A stretch of 64,000 nucleotides of DNA from contig JBHGNT010000011.1 in the NCBI GenBank assembly GCA_043228905.1, positions 4,092,001-4,156,000 on the forward strand, given 5' to 3'. The DNA comes from Azolla caroliniana. Lineage: Eukaryota; Plantae; Polypodiophyta. The notes below the pieces were generated by a model. The model was not told the DNA's origin. It ran no database searches and saw only the letters and a program-made list of their open reading frames with translations. Shown one piece after another: positions 35,766 to 49,300 of this stretch; the stretch's first letter is position 1; every line of letters begins with the position of its first letter. The position numbers and the translations under genes are program-made.

Positions 35766-38700
35766 ATGACGAGGCCAACAGACGACCCGCTTACGGAGAG
35801 AGCACGAAGACTGGCTGAAAGGAGACGGTGGCGAGAGGCTTTTTAGCAAGCAGTGGAAGAAATCCGAACGGATCGATCATTTTCCAAAGTGATCCGGAAA
35901 GTGGCGGAGGAGTCGCTCCATCTGCAACAAAACGCCTACCCGGACGAAGGAAGCAGCTTAAGCAACCTCCGGGAAGCCGAAACCCTTCTCCAGGCCCTGG
36001 CCGGAAGAGAAGGCGAATCCGAAGCATTCTCAGCACTGGAATCGGATTCACAAGGGGGTTACAGCGCGCATACGAACTATCGCAGCAGTAACGACACCCC
36101 AGGAGGACCGGAGGACGAGGAGTCGGATACTTTACCGACACCGGAACCAGAGTTGGTAGACCAAGAACTTCCGGCACTCGTCGTGGAGCAACCTCCGGAG
36201 ACGGAAGTACATCGGCAAAAACCTCCAACACCGGAAGTCGAGCCAGTAACACCAAAGGAAAACCAGCAAAGACCTCAGACGCCGGCGGAACAGCAGGAAA
36301 GACTACCAACACCGCCAGACCGCGTACCGACACCGGACGACGATATGTCGTTCCAATACTCCAAGTATCGGGATGACCCGGACGCGGAGGCTCATGTTCA
36401 CACATTTGAACAAACATGAGAAGCAAACCATGTGTCACAACAGTTAACCGCGGCAGAAGAGGAACGATCTAAGATAGCCGAATTCAGCGTGACATTAGAA
36501 GGACCGGCCTTCAGATGGCACCGGACGCAGGATCGCAGCACCATCACCACCTTTGCGGACCTGAAAGACAAATTCTTGCACTTCTTCCAGAAGGAGGTGG
36601 ATCAGCGAGAAATGGTGGGCTTATTTTACACAATTCAGCAAGACCCCGACGAGAGCATCCCACAGTTTGTCATCCGGTTTCAACGGATGCATAGTCAGCT
36701 AACCCGCACACCTCCAGAAGAAGAAACGCGGGCTATATTTTTAGCCGCGCTCCGGGAACCTCTACGAACGGTATGCACGGTCATTGACTTTCGCACAAGC
36801 ACCGTCGACCAGGTCATCGACCGGGTTCGAGAAATGGAGAAAACGAACTCTTGGCTAACAATGGGAGCCCTCCAACGAGCATTACCAACCGATGAGGATC
36901 TCCGTTTCCGGCAAGCAATCCAATGCACGACTTGCTTGAATTCCGGACACTCCTCACTGGAGTACACCATGAGGACGCACTGCTTACTCTGCCAATCTAC
37001 GAGCCACACGATGGACCGGTGCGAATATAACCTATTGAATCGGCAAGCTCCACCAGTCCGGCAAATCGAGCCACGTAGCAACCGAGACAAAGAAGACGAA
37101 CGTTGGCGACGAGAGGAGCGATATCGACCGGCACAAGATGTCCGGTACGACAATCGGCGAGACAACTACGACCGGTACAAGAGATACGACAAGTACCGAG
37201 AATACAATGGACGGTATGAGCATCACAACCGGGATCACTCCCCCGGGTACCACCAACGACGGGAGGAGTACGGGAGGTATGACGACCAACCCCGGCAAGG
37301 GTACCGCAACAAAAAGAACTTTAATAAAAAACGGCATTTCAAAAACGGGATCCACCCACGTGAACCGGAAAAAGGCGCCTCAAGCAGCCAACCAGACTAG
37401 AGCCCCGCGGTTACCACAAGTCCTCCACCGGGTACAGGAAACAATGCCGAGTCCAGCAACACCCGGAAAGCATATTGCTATTACTACCGGCAAGAAGGAC
37501 ATTATAGTAATCAATGTCCGGCAAAAAGCTACGATAAGTGACCGGCAGTAAACATGGTAGTCGCCGAAGTCGCAGACCTCCAGCAGGTCACCACAAGGTC
37601 GAAGGGGAAGACAACGGAATGGAAGACGCAAGAGGCCATCCGGAAACAAGCAACAGAATGGGTAAAAAAGGCCAATGAGCGAAACGTAGTAGAACTCGCG
37701 CAACAGAAGGAGAACACCGAAGAGCTCGCCGGAAGCAGTCAGTCCGAAAACGCGACATGGCAGGTATTGCAGGAATGCTAGATCACGCTGCCGTTGGGAC
37801 GACTCTTGCAGCTAGTACCAAGATTCACAGAAGGACTCAAGGAAGGCATGACGACAGGCGAAACACCACCGGCTCCGGCATTCTTCTCAGATCCGGAGGA
37901 GGGACCGGCCGTGGTGGACACCAACAGTCCGGCAATTACGGCCATTGTGAAAGGGAAAGAACTCCCCGGCACAATAATAGACGGAGGCTCCGGCGTTAAT
38001 GTAATCAGCCTACGGACATGCGATGCTCTTGGAATCTGAGAGTGGGAGCCATGTCCGTTCTGGCTCCGAATGGCTGACACAAGTTCGGTGCGACCAACAG
38101 GATTAATACGGAATTTGGAAGTAACCATCGGGGGCCACACATTCCGAATCTCAGTCGTAGTTCTCCAGTTGTAGGCTCAAGGAACGTACCCATTATTGTT
38201 GGGACGTCCTTGGTTAAAAACGGCCCATATCAAGGAGAATTGGAGGAATATGATTACGTTCCGGCGGGGAAAAGCGGAGGTACGGGTACCAACACAACAA
38301 AGGAAGGGCACCGGCAAGGACCTGACACCGTTATATGCGGAGTGTGTCAATATGCTGGAGGGATTCGTTGACGAAGAAGAAGAGTAGTACTTGCTGGAGA
38401 ACCCGAAGATTGTACCCCTCTTCGAAATTGACGTCGCGAAGGCGGTATCACCCTACTTACTGCAACCGGACAAAACCGAAGCGGAACCGGATAAAGAAGC
38501 AATCCAGGAGTTACGGCATGCGCAGGAGGCGTTGGAAAGGGAAATGGCCATATCCCAGCGCGTAAAAGCGTCCCAATTAGAAGAAGTAAATCTAGGAACG
38601 GCGGAGTAGGCAAAACCAGTACACATCGCCAAAGAAATGAATGCAGAGAACAAAACGGCGATAATTACACTCCTCAACGAGTTTCGCGACGTCTTTGCCT

Positions 38701-41231
38701 AGTCGTACGAGGATATGAGAGGCCTGGATCCTCAATTTTATCAGCACCAGATACATCTAAGCAAAGGTCAAGAGAAAACGGCTTTCGTCACCGAATGGGG
38801 AGTGTTTGTTGCGGTGGTGATGATGTTCGGGCTGAAAACGGCACCAGCAACATTCCAACGGATCATCATGGAGATCTTTGGCGAATACATACGGGCTTTT
38901 ATGCAGGTGTTCCTTGACGATTTCGCCATCTATAGTAGAGAAGAAGATCATTTGCAGCATCTCAGACTATGTCTAGAGAAGTGTAGGGCGTACCGGCTAA
39001 GCTTGAATCCGGCGAAGTGTGTATTTGGAGTGGCCAGAGAAACGCTACTAGGGCATATAGTAAGCAAGGAAGGCATTGCCGTAGATCCAGACAAAGTGAA
39101 AGCAATCCGGGAAGCACCAGCCCCGGCAACGGCAAAGGCATTGAGCCGTTTCCTAGGACAAATCCGCTGGCATAGCCGTATGCTCCGATATTTGGCAGAC
39201 CTGGCTCCACCTCTGCATACGGCAGTACATCGAACACCGTTCCAATGGACCGACATCGAAGACAAGGCGTACCGGGCACTAAAGTTGTTATTGTCACAAG
39301 CACCGGTAGTGCAGCCTCCCGATTGGAGTAAAGAATTTCATGTGTTCGTGGACGCTTCCGATATCGCAATCGGCAGCGCGCTCATGCAGCTTACCGAGCC
39401 AAGGTGGTACCGGCCAGTGTACTATGCCAGCCGGAAGCTATCCCAAGTGGAGCGAAATTATTCTACCACGGAAAGGGAAGCTTTAGGAATGATCTACAGT
39501 GTAACAAAATTCAGGCATTATTTATTGGGAAGAAAGTTCTCCTTCCATGTGGATCATTCGGCACTCCTTCACCTAGTATCCAAAGCGTCACTTACCGGTA
39601 AGCTGGCCCGGTGGACTTTGTTGTTGCAAGAGTTTGAATTCGAGATATTCCACCGACCCGGCATACAGCATGCGGTCGCAGATTATCTAAGTCGGCTAGA
39701 TTCCGGGGAGACAGGGAACGGAGTACCGGACGAGTTTCCGAATGCAGAGCTTTTTCGAGTCACCACTAAAACGGCAACAGATGAAACGGTGGCACAAGAA
39801 GATAAGTGGCTAACTAATATGCACCAGTTTCTGAGCACCGGATTGCCGCCGGAGGAGATGAACCGAGACGAGAGAAAACGCTTAGCGGTACAGAGCCGGC
39901 ACTTCTGTTTATTACAGGACACGCTATACCACAAAGGTGCGGACGGTATCTGGCGACGAGCGGTGCGCAGCGACGAGAAAGAGGTAATACTACGGGAGGC
40001 ACACTGCGGAGTCGCCGGAGGCCATTATGCCGGAGATGCGACGGCAAGGAAAGTATGGCAAAGTGGCCTATGGTGGCCAACCACATTGAAAGATGCAGTC
40101 TGGTATGCGAAGGAGTGTGATCTATGCCAATGAATGGGTCAGCCAACGGAACAAGCTCCGATGCCACACCAGCCAATCCTGCCACTAGAACCATTCCAGA
40201 AATGGGGGTTGGATTTCGTCGGGCCATTCAAACCACCAGCAATGAGAACCGGCAACCGGTATGTGATCGTCGCGACGGATTACTGCACTAAGTGGGTGGA
40301 AGCGAAAGCCTTACGAGACAACATCGCGGTGTCAACAGCTAAATTCTTATACGAATCCATTTGGTGCCGGTACAGATGCCCCATAGAACTGATAAGCGAC
40401 CAAGGAGGGCACTTTTTTGGACAGGTGGTAGAAAGTTTGACGACGTTCTATGTGGTAGTACATAAAAGAAGCACACCGTACTATCCGCAAGCAAATGGGT
40501 TAGCTGAGTTGACGAACAAAACGCTCCAAAATATCCTCCGGAAGATCGTCAATGAAAATCGGACAGATTGGGACACAAAGTTGCACAGTGCACTCTGGGC
40601 TTACCGGACAGCGTACAAAACAAGCATCCGGACAACATCGTTCCGGTTAGCATTCGGATTGGAGGCCGTCATGTCGGTCGAGTTCCAAGTACCAAGCTTA
40701 CAGATTCAGATTAAGGAACGACTGAACGAAAAGGAATCAGAGGCAATTCAGTTAAAGGCTCTGTGCAAACTTGAAGAACACCGACTGGCGAGCATTATGC
40801 ACCTGGAATTGGAACAACAGAGACGGAAAGCATTTGTAAATCGGCACCGAAAGGGAAACGAAAAAATGTTCGGGACCGGCAAGCCGGTACTCGTGTTCCA
40901 GACCCGGATGGGCAAAATGCCAAGTAAACTACGGTTTAGATGGACCGGACCGTACTGGATCACACGCGAGTTCAATGGGTCCTACCAGTTGGGGACACTT
41001 GTCGGAGAAGTGCTGGGAAAATGGGTCAACGGATTTAGATTAAAACCATACAAAGGACCTATGCCTAAGAACCCATTTGAATCAGACGCCGGCAGGCCAA
41101 CCATAACAGCAACCGGTGAAGATGACGGCTACCACCAAGCCAGTAAGGAGGAGCATGAGCCGGCAAACCGACAAGAGGCTGGCGAGTTGCACGCTTCGGG
41201 CAAAGGTCCGACAGGACCGGAGAACAACTAA
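35766..41231 (+). pseudogene. gag-pol: Gypsy-3 gag-pol, multiple stops and a ~0.3-kb deletion in RT at ~38765
   Basis: Collinear with Gypsy-2; QIHLSK is joined directly to GQEKTAF. Confidence 0.93.
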
Positions 41232-41635
41232 CCACACAAGTTAATCAAAAAAATAATAATAATAAAGGAGCGAATCAAATAAATCATGGAAAGGAGTGGT
41301 GGAAACGGCCATGCACACGAGGAGTAAAGAGGCACGTCGAAAAGGTACGAGGAGCTATCAATAGGACATTAAACCACCGCCACATGGCACGCAATGCTAT
41401 TATAGTACACGACCTGCACATGAGGAGGCTCGAAAAAGGCGCCAAGATGCAGAGAGAAAAAACCCCACGCATTGAGACCTTCTCCTATCGTGAACCAAGG
41501 AGAACAGACGCAGAGCGACGCGTAAAGGTAAATCGTAGAGAGCTCGCACACAGAGAACCCCCTCCCTCAGAACTTTCTCTCTCACATTCTTCCCAACATC
41601 AAACCTCTCTGACGCTCTCCGACCTTGACACAGAG

Positions 41636-44428
41636 ATGGACTGCCAAACGTTGTCTGAAGCCGCCAAGAAATGATTACGGCAGCATGGTCTGGAGGGTTT
41701 CTTAACGATCATGGAGGCATCGCCACACAAAGAGGCCGAGAAGATTATAAAAGAAATCGACACGGAGGTGATCACGGAGGAGGCGATCTGTGCGTTAATA
41801 GGCCTTCCGGAGGGCGGTATCTACACGATCGACAATACTACCCCCCAGCAACTCATCAAATATTTCGGTGAGTACTCTCTAGCCAGCAAGGGCTATAGGA
41901 CACAGGGCGGCGAAGATATGTTATTCTGAGAAATTGCCCGAGTCCTCCACGAGTTCGGCCACGTGTACCCTCGACCCCCCGTCATGCCTCAGAACCGAGC
42001 AGGCTTGATCATCGCAATGTACGAAGGCGTCAAGGTAGATTGGCCGGTGTTGATCGCCGACGGGCTGTGTACGGCCATTGATATAGTAAGGGGAAAGGAC
42101 GGCAAGGAAGGCCGGAAAATATGGCATGCAGTGACACAATGGCGCACCCTGTTGGCGCCACCGGTCGAGCCCATCCAAACCAAGAAGCGGGGAAGAACAA
42201 CGGACGGCACCTCGAAACCTGCTTCGAAACGGCAACAACTGTTGGCTTCCAAGGCCACTAAGGGGAAGACTGCCGAAGCAAAGAAGGCAGCGAAAGAGCG
42301 CGCCAGCCGGAAGCGACCGGCGGACACGCATGAGGAGACCCCGGCATGAGCCTTGAAGAGCCCACTCCACCGACCGGCGCAACAGGAAACGGACACCTTG
42401 GCGGCAAGAATGAATGCCGGGACTCAAGCAGAAGAGATGGAGGAAGAACCCACGGAGCATCTCCAGCGGCGGCCGGTGAAGAGCACCGTAGAATCAGCTG
42501 GGAAACGTTCGGACCCACAAAAGGATGGAACACCCGCAACTCACGCTGAGCAACCCATGCCAAGGGAGGCACCGGAACCGGTTCGGATGGAGCCGGTCAC
42601 AGAAGTCCCGGCACAACAGGCAGCACCGGCAAGCCCCGTCAGCCAAGAGCCAGAGATACAAAGGCCAACCGCCCCAGCCGGCCAAGAACAAGCAGACAAG
42701 GGGCGACCAGACGAAACACACTCAGAGCCGAAACGGCAAAGTGGTCAGCTGGCAGAACCAGAAGCACAGCTTGACGCAGAAAGGCGGGACTAGCCACCGG
42801 CAAGTGAACCCATCAGCCAACTCTCCGTGCAAGCGCAACAACAGTGCACCGGCAGCCAATGGCTCTGGTGGATAGGAGACCAAATTGTCGGAGTAGTCGG
42901 ATGCATAGAGGCGGAGGAAAGAGTGCAAACGGAACGGTTGCTCGTCACAACCGATGAACTGGAGACGGCCCGGTCAAGGATCCGGTGCCTAGAACAAGAC
43001 TTGGATCGGATCACAGGAGATATGGCCAAAATGGCCTTAACCGCAATGCAGGTCCAAGCACCGATGACTCTGGTTGATGTACAGAAGAATAAGACCCCGA
43101 AGACACAAACGGTCCCGGAGAAAGAGGCGGCGCAAGCCCAAGAGCTTGCAGAATTACGAGATGAGCTAGCTACACAAGAAGCATTACAGAACCGCGAACG
43201 CGACTTGAAGAAGGCGGCCGAAGAAGAATTAAGAAAGACTGCTGAGAACCTTCGCCGGGCAGAGGAGAACCTGCGTAAAGGACATCATGCTTACGACCGG
43301 CTAAAGGAGGAAAAAGAGAAAGTGCTGCAGGAAAAAGACAAGTTGCGACGGATGGCGGAAACGGAAATCGAGCGGCTAAAGGAAGAGCTCCGGCAACAAA
43401 AGGACCGGGAGGACCACGCGCGTCGTCAGATAAACCAAAGGCTGAAGCAGAAGGCCGATGATTTCGATCATTTGCATCGAGACTACAAGCAACTGGAGAC
43501 GGAGCATCAGCAACGGATGGCCGAGCTCCGGCAAGAGGTTGATAAGGCCACAACGGCACTCGCCGAAGAACGAGCAGAAAGTTCCAGGCTATTGGAAGAA
43601 GCGGTGAATGCCCGAATGGAGCTCCACAAACAGAACCATTAAGACAAGGAAAGAGCGACAATGGTACTACAGAGGTTGCAAACAACCTATCAAACTCAAT
43701 TATCGCATTATAGGGAGCAGGAGGCGGACACGGTTCAGATCATCAAGCAGTTGAAGGAAGAGCGACAAGCCGCAGAAAATAAATCACAAATGGGAGCCGA
43801 ACGGATCCAGTGCATCCTCCGGTCATGGCTCACTAAAACCAAAAGCTTGATTGATGACAGCTCTGTGCGTTGGTGGGCAAACTGGGCGCAGAATACCACG
43901 GAACTCCAATTGCTTAGGGCGGACGTTGAAAATCGGCGAAAGGAGGGCGATGACTGCTATATGCTGACCTCAGAGGACTTCACCACCATCAGGGATGAGC
44001 TGGTGGAAGATTTCACAGCCCTGGCGGATGAACAATTGGTGCAGGTCCGGCAGCTCGTAGCTCAACTAGACGATGATCGGTTGGAGGCTCAAATCCAGTT
44101 CGAAAGCTATGACCGGTCCCGGCTCCGGGAAGAAAAAGCGCGAAAGATGGCAACGGTCAACCTTAGTGATGAGGAACCGTCGCCGGTGCAAAGACCGGAG
44201 GGGGAACAGGCCGAGGTCAGTCAGCCACAGACAACTCCGACGGAGGAACCAACGACGGAAACACCAGTGCCAGAACCACAAACGGAGCAGCAGCAACAGC
44301 CACAAACGGAGCAGCAGCCACAGCCACAAACGGAACAACAACAACAGCCACAGCAACAACAACAGATACCCGACGAGCCATTGGAAATTTTGGAGCAAAG
44401 CATTCTAGACATTTTGGATGAAGCGTAA
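41636..44428 (+). pseudogene. Gypsy-3 extra ORF (~930 aa)
   Basis: ORFs starting at 41711, 41963, 42353, 42827 and 43661 are all in frame with ATG 41636. Homologous to 6048-8951; ends EQSILDILDEA*. Confidence 0.87.
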
Positions 44429-44440
44429 AAGGGCCGAATA

Positions 44441-44480
44441 GTGGGTTCGACGTACAAGGTATTGTCCCACGGGCGTGCCA
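44441..44480 (+). promoter_or_regulatory. tRNA-3'-end-like motif in place of the PPT (inverted second PBS)
   Basis: GTGGGTTCGA-CGTACAAGGTATT-GTCCCAC-GGGCGTG-CCA, then TG and the LTR at 44483. Confidence 0.78.
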
Positions 44481-44482
44481 TG

Positions 44483-44952
44483 TGTTACCGGCCGGCAAAG
44501 AAGGCTAAAGGAGGTCCAAACTCCAAACCAGAGTGTGAAAGGAATAGTTATTCAGGAACTGTTGGAATTAGTAGTCTTAATATATACATATTATTATATA
44601 AGAAGATGTGGACGGACGGACCGGAATCGGTATGCCGATCCGGATCCTGAACGATTCCGTAAAGGTGTCGTTTGGCACCGTTTTGTATTTCGCACCGGAG
44701 ACCTATATAAAGGCCCGGTTACAATGTAATCAAGAGCGGATAATTAATAAAGCTTATGGTCTTAATCTTCAAGTGTTGATTACCGTTCTGTGATTATTGT
44801 CATATCTTATGCGTGTTAATTACGGATGGTTAAGTAATCGATTAAGGTCTAATTAAGCGTTGTGTCGTAAGTCATTCTGTCGTACCACCCTTTGGTGACG
44901 TGTCCTAAGTGGACACCCTGTGTTAGGTTGTTGTCCGGCCCTAGCAATAACA
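44483..44952 (+). repeat. Gypsy-3 3' LTR
   Basis: Direct repeat of 35241-35710. Confidence 0.95.
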
Positions 44953-45937
44953 TTCTTTAGGCAAGTAGATCGGCGTAATTCGTGATTACCCGATTTCACG
45001 GCCTTCTCAGCCGATTTCGACCTCTTCTGTGGAGGTTCCTTTTCGATTGGCCCGAAGTCAGATTCACTCGGATCTGACTCAGCACTGCCGGACTTGTACT
45101 CCAACATCTTCTTCTTCCCTTTCTCTATGTGCATGAACCGTCTCCTCGGTTCCTTACGCGGGGACAGAACGGCCAAGTCTCCACTACTCATCTGCTCTTC
45201 ACACGGTTGACCATCTCGGCTCAACCCCTCATTCAGCCCGCTTAGCCGAAATGAGATTAGACTCTCTCTTAGAGCTCTGATCTCCTCATCACGTGGAGGC
45301 AGCTCAACCTCGCTGACCTCTTCCTCATTATGCGGAATGGAGTCATTGGGTACTGGAAGTGAAGGCAAGTACCACGAGACGAACTCGTCGACCACGACAT
45401 CTCGGCTTACGCGAAGTACAGCTCATATGGCGACACTCCTCCATTGGCAGAGGTTTGATTCTACAAGTAAATGGCCATCCTTACTGTCATGAACTGCACG
45501 CTCCCTATGCGCAACGCTCGGCCGCAACCGAGCTTAGAATCATACACAAAAAACGGGAAACGAAAGACACACAACACAAAGGAGAGAAGAGTACACAGGA
45601 TGTTTAACGTGGAAAACCCTGAGAGGTAAAAACCACAGGAGTCCACAGACTCCAAACTATCACTATATCACAATGATTACAACAGTGAGCTCACAGAGGC
45701 AACGACCTCGCGCTCACGACCTTCGCCACAGGCGGCGGTTACAACAAAGGCAACGACCTCTTCCTCTCTCACACTCTCTGTACACTGTTACGAGCTCTCT
45801 CTTCTTGCACCAACAAGAATGACAACCCCCCTCATAATTTTGCCCTAAGTCATATTTATATTAATATGACTTTCCGACTATTTACAAATATAGCCCCGAT
45901 GGACTCTAACAAAACATATTTACGAATATGTCTCTTC

Positions 45938-46275
45938 ATCCGGTGAGCACTCCTCACCGGGTCTGCACCATCTGGCTCTCCGTAGCCGGGTACTCCTCAT
46001 CCGGTTCTCACCGGGTTTGCACCATCCGGCTCTCCGTAGCCGCGTACTCCTCATCCGGTTCTCACCGGGTTTGCACCATCCGGCTCTCTGTAGCCGGGTA
46101 CTCCTCATCCGGTTCTCACCGGGTCTGCACCATCTGGCTCTCCGTAGCCGGGTACTCCTCATCCGGTTCTCACCGGGTCTGCACCATCCAGCTCTCCGTA
46201 GCCAGGTACTCATCATCCGGTTCTCACCGGGTCTGCACCATCCGGCTCTCCGTCGCCGGGTACTCCTCATCCGGT
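45938..46275. repeat. 54-bp tandem array in the Copia G 3' LTR (~6 units)
   Basis: Unit catccggttctcaccgggtctgcaccatccggctctccgtagccgggtactcct. Confidence 0.93.
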
Positions 46276-46358
46276 TTCGGCCTCGGCCGAGTTCGCTCAT
46301 CAGCACTGTTCTTCTCCCTTCCCATCCGGAGGGATCTGTCTCCCAACAAACTCCCCCT

Positions 46359-49300
46359 TCACTCCGGCATGGGGTGTCTTACTAGTCCGATCCACTTCCG
46401 GCATGCATCTAGCTTGTCGAGTATCAGTACTTTGTTCAGCATATCTGACCCGTTCTCGGCCGTGTGTATCTTCGTCAGCGCGAACTCCTGGTCATCTACT
46501 CTTTCCCGAATCCAGTGATACCTACATTGGATATGCTTCGTTCGGGAATGGTAGGCCACATTCTTAGCAAGGTGGATGGCACTTTGACTGTCACAATAGA
46601 GCCGGTATTCATCTTGTTGGATACCGAGCTCTTTGATGAAGTCCTAAATCCATAATATTTCCTTGCCGGCTTCCACAACCGCCATGTACTCCGCCTCCAT
46701 GGTTGACAATGCAACCGTCTTCTGCAGCCTCGACTGCCACGAAACAGCTCCCCCTGCATATGTCATTACATACTCGGATGTAGACCGGCTAGTATCCACA
46801 TCAGCCGACATGTCCGAATCGGTAAAACCATCAAGTTGAGGTTTTCCGGAGCCGAATCGGAGACACATGTTTGAAGTGCCCTTCAAGTACCGGAGTATCC
46901 ATTTGACCGCATTCCAGTGCTCCTTGTCGGGATTGCTCATGAACCGGCTCACCACTCTAACTGCGTATCCTATATCCGGTCAGGTACACACCATTGCATA
47001 CATTAAGCTCCCGACGGCAGAGGCATATGGAACCTTCGTCATATCAGCCTTCTCTGCTTTCGTCTCGGGCTTTGCTTACCGGATAACCTGCACTTTGCCG
47101 GAAGTGTCGATCCGACCGGTTTTGCATCTGACATGTTGAACCGTTGAAGCACCTTTGTCACGTATTTCTCTTGTGACAGCCACAATTGCTTCGTTGGCCG
47201 GTTCCGGATGATATGCATCCCCAGCATCTGTCTTGCCGAACCCAAGTCTTTCATCGCGAAGGTTCGGTTGAGAGCCTTCTTCAGCATCCATATTTTGGCT
47301 TGGTCCCGTCCGACGATCAACATGTCGTCCACGTACATAAGGAGTATTAGGAAGTCGCCTCCTTCGAACTTTTTCACAAACACGCAGTGATCGGCCTGCG
47401 TCTTGTGGTACCCTTGATCGGTCATGAAGGAGTCGAACTTCCGGTACCATTGTCAGGGAGCCTGCTTCAGTCCGTACAGGCTCTTCATCAACCGGCATAC
47501 CAGGTGCTCCTTCCCTTTCTCCACGAATCCTTCCGGTTGCTGCATGTAGATCTCCTCTTCGAGGTCACTGTGAAGAAATGTCGTCTTCACGTCCAGCTGC
47601 TCTACCTCGAGGTCCATGCTTGCCGCTATACTCATCACCGTCCGGATGGAGGTCATCTTTACTACCGACGCAAATATCTCATCGAAATCCACGCCCTTCT
47701 TCTGCTGGAACCCCTTCACCACGATCCTGGCTTTGTATCTCGAGGGGTTGCCGGCATCTCCCGGTTTCAACTTGTACACCCACTTATTTCGGTGTGCCCG
47801 CTTTCCTTTCGTAACTCCACCAATTCGTACGTATGGTTCTCATGTAGAGAATCCATCTCATCCTGCATGGCACTTAACCATTTGTGGTTGTGGGTGTCAT
47901 CCTTCGCTTCTTCGAAGCTTTCTGGTTCCCCCTCATCAGTTAGCAGCACATGCTCTGCATCCGGAAATCTCCGGGGGGGCCTTCTCTCTGTGAGAGGATA
48001 TCTCCGTCTCTGGGCTTCGGTAACCGGCTCCTCCATTTGCTCTTCATCTGAATCCGATTCGGAGTCTCAGCCGGTTCCGGTTTCAGCTTCCTCTACTTCT
48101 TCTTCTGCCGGTTCGGTATCCTCACCGTAACCGGCTAGTTCCTCGAGTGCTAACCGGTCTGTTGCCGGTTGGGTCTGCTCATCGTAGAATCGATCCTTAC
48201 CGGTCGACTCGGAGTTCATTATCTTCTTCTCCGACTCCCAGTCGGCGAGCGTCTTGTCCTCCATGAAGATAATATCTCGACTCCGGAATACCTTCTTGTC
48301 GACCAGGTCCCACACTCGGTAGCCGAACTCATCGTCGCCATAACCGAGGAATATGCATGGCCGGGTCTTTCGATCTAACTTTCCTCTCCAGTCCTTAGCT
48401 ACATGCACGTACGCGAGACACCTGAATACCTTCAGATGCCGGTAGGACACTTCCTTACCAGTCCAGACTCTCTGTGGCGTGTCTCCGTCCAAGGGTACTG
48501 AGGGTGATCTGTTTATCACATATGTCGTCGTCAATAGTGCCTCATCCCAAAACTTCTTCGGTAGTTTTGCATGCACCAGCATACTCCGGACCCTCTCCAT
48601 TATGGTCTGATTCATCCTCTCGGCCAACCCATTTAGTTATGGCGTCTTCGAAACATTAAATTAGAGTCGGATTCCCTTCGAGTGACAGTACTCCTTGAAC
48701 TGCCCCCGGTATTCACCTCCGTTATCTGCTCCAACCGTCTTCAGCTTCCGGCCGGTTTCTCTTTCCACTCTCGTGTGGAGCTCTTTGAAGACGGATAGCA
48801 CCTGATCCTTCGTCTTCAATGGTGTGACCCATAGCTTCCGGTTGTGGTCATCTATGAACGTCACGAAGTACTGCGATCCGGCATGTGACTTCGTATCCAC
48901 TTGACATACATCCGTATGCACCAACTCCAGTGGCGCATTACGTCTCATCGGTGGCCTTGATCGGAAGGAGGTCTGGTTTTGTTTACCGGCCAGAAAATCA
49001 GTGCACTTCTCCAAGTGCACATTCTTCACTGGAATGAGGTTGTCGTCAGCAAGCCTCTTCATCCCCTTCTCGCTCATGTGACACAACCTCTTGTGCCACA
49101 GCTCACCGGCAGTGTCGGATGCCACGTTCACTCCCTCTGGACATAACCGGGCATTCATCAGGTACAGTGTGTTTACCTTCCGGGCTCGAGCCACAATCAG
49201 GCTCCCTTTGCTGAACTTCATGACACCATTCCGGATGCTACCCGTGTAGCCTTCATCATCTAGCCGACCGGTTGATATCAGGTTCATACGAACCTCCGGA

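Larger units (their letters stand above)
35241..44952 (+). mobile_element. Gypsy-3, full-length (9.7 kb) with extra ORF
   Basis: 470-bp LTRs at 35241-35710 and 44483-44952 (~15 substitutions by eye). TSD ttctt at 35236-35240 and 44953-44957. PBS at 35718-35728. Confidence 0.95.

Noticed and set aside
44441-44480. Genuine tRNA gene or SINE
   Set aside because: No D-arm, anticodon arm or 5' acceptor strand, and the T-loop is interrupted. It is treated as an element cis-motif instead.
45938-46275. CRISPR-like array
   Set aside because: Head-to-tail repeats without unique spacers, inside an LTR, with no cas genes.
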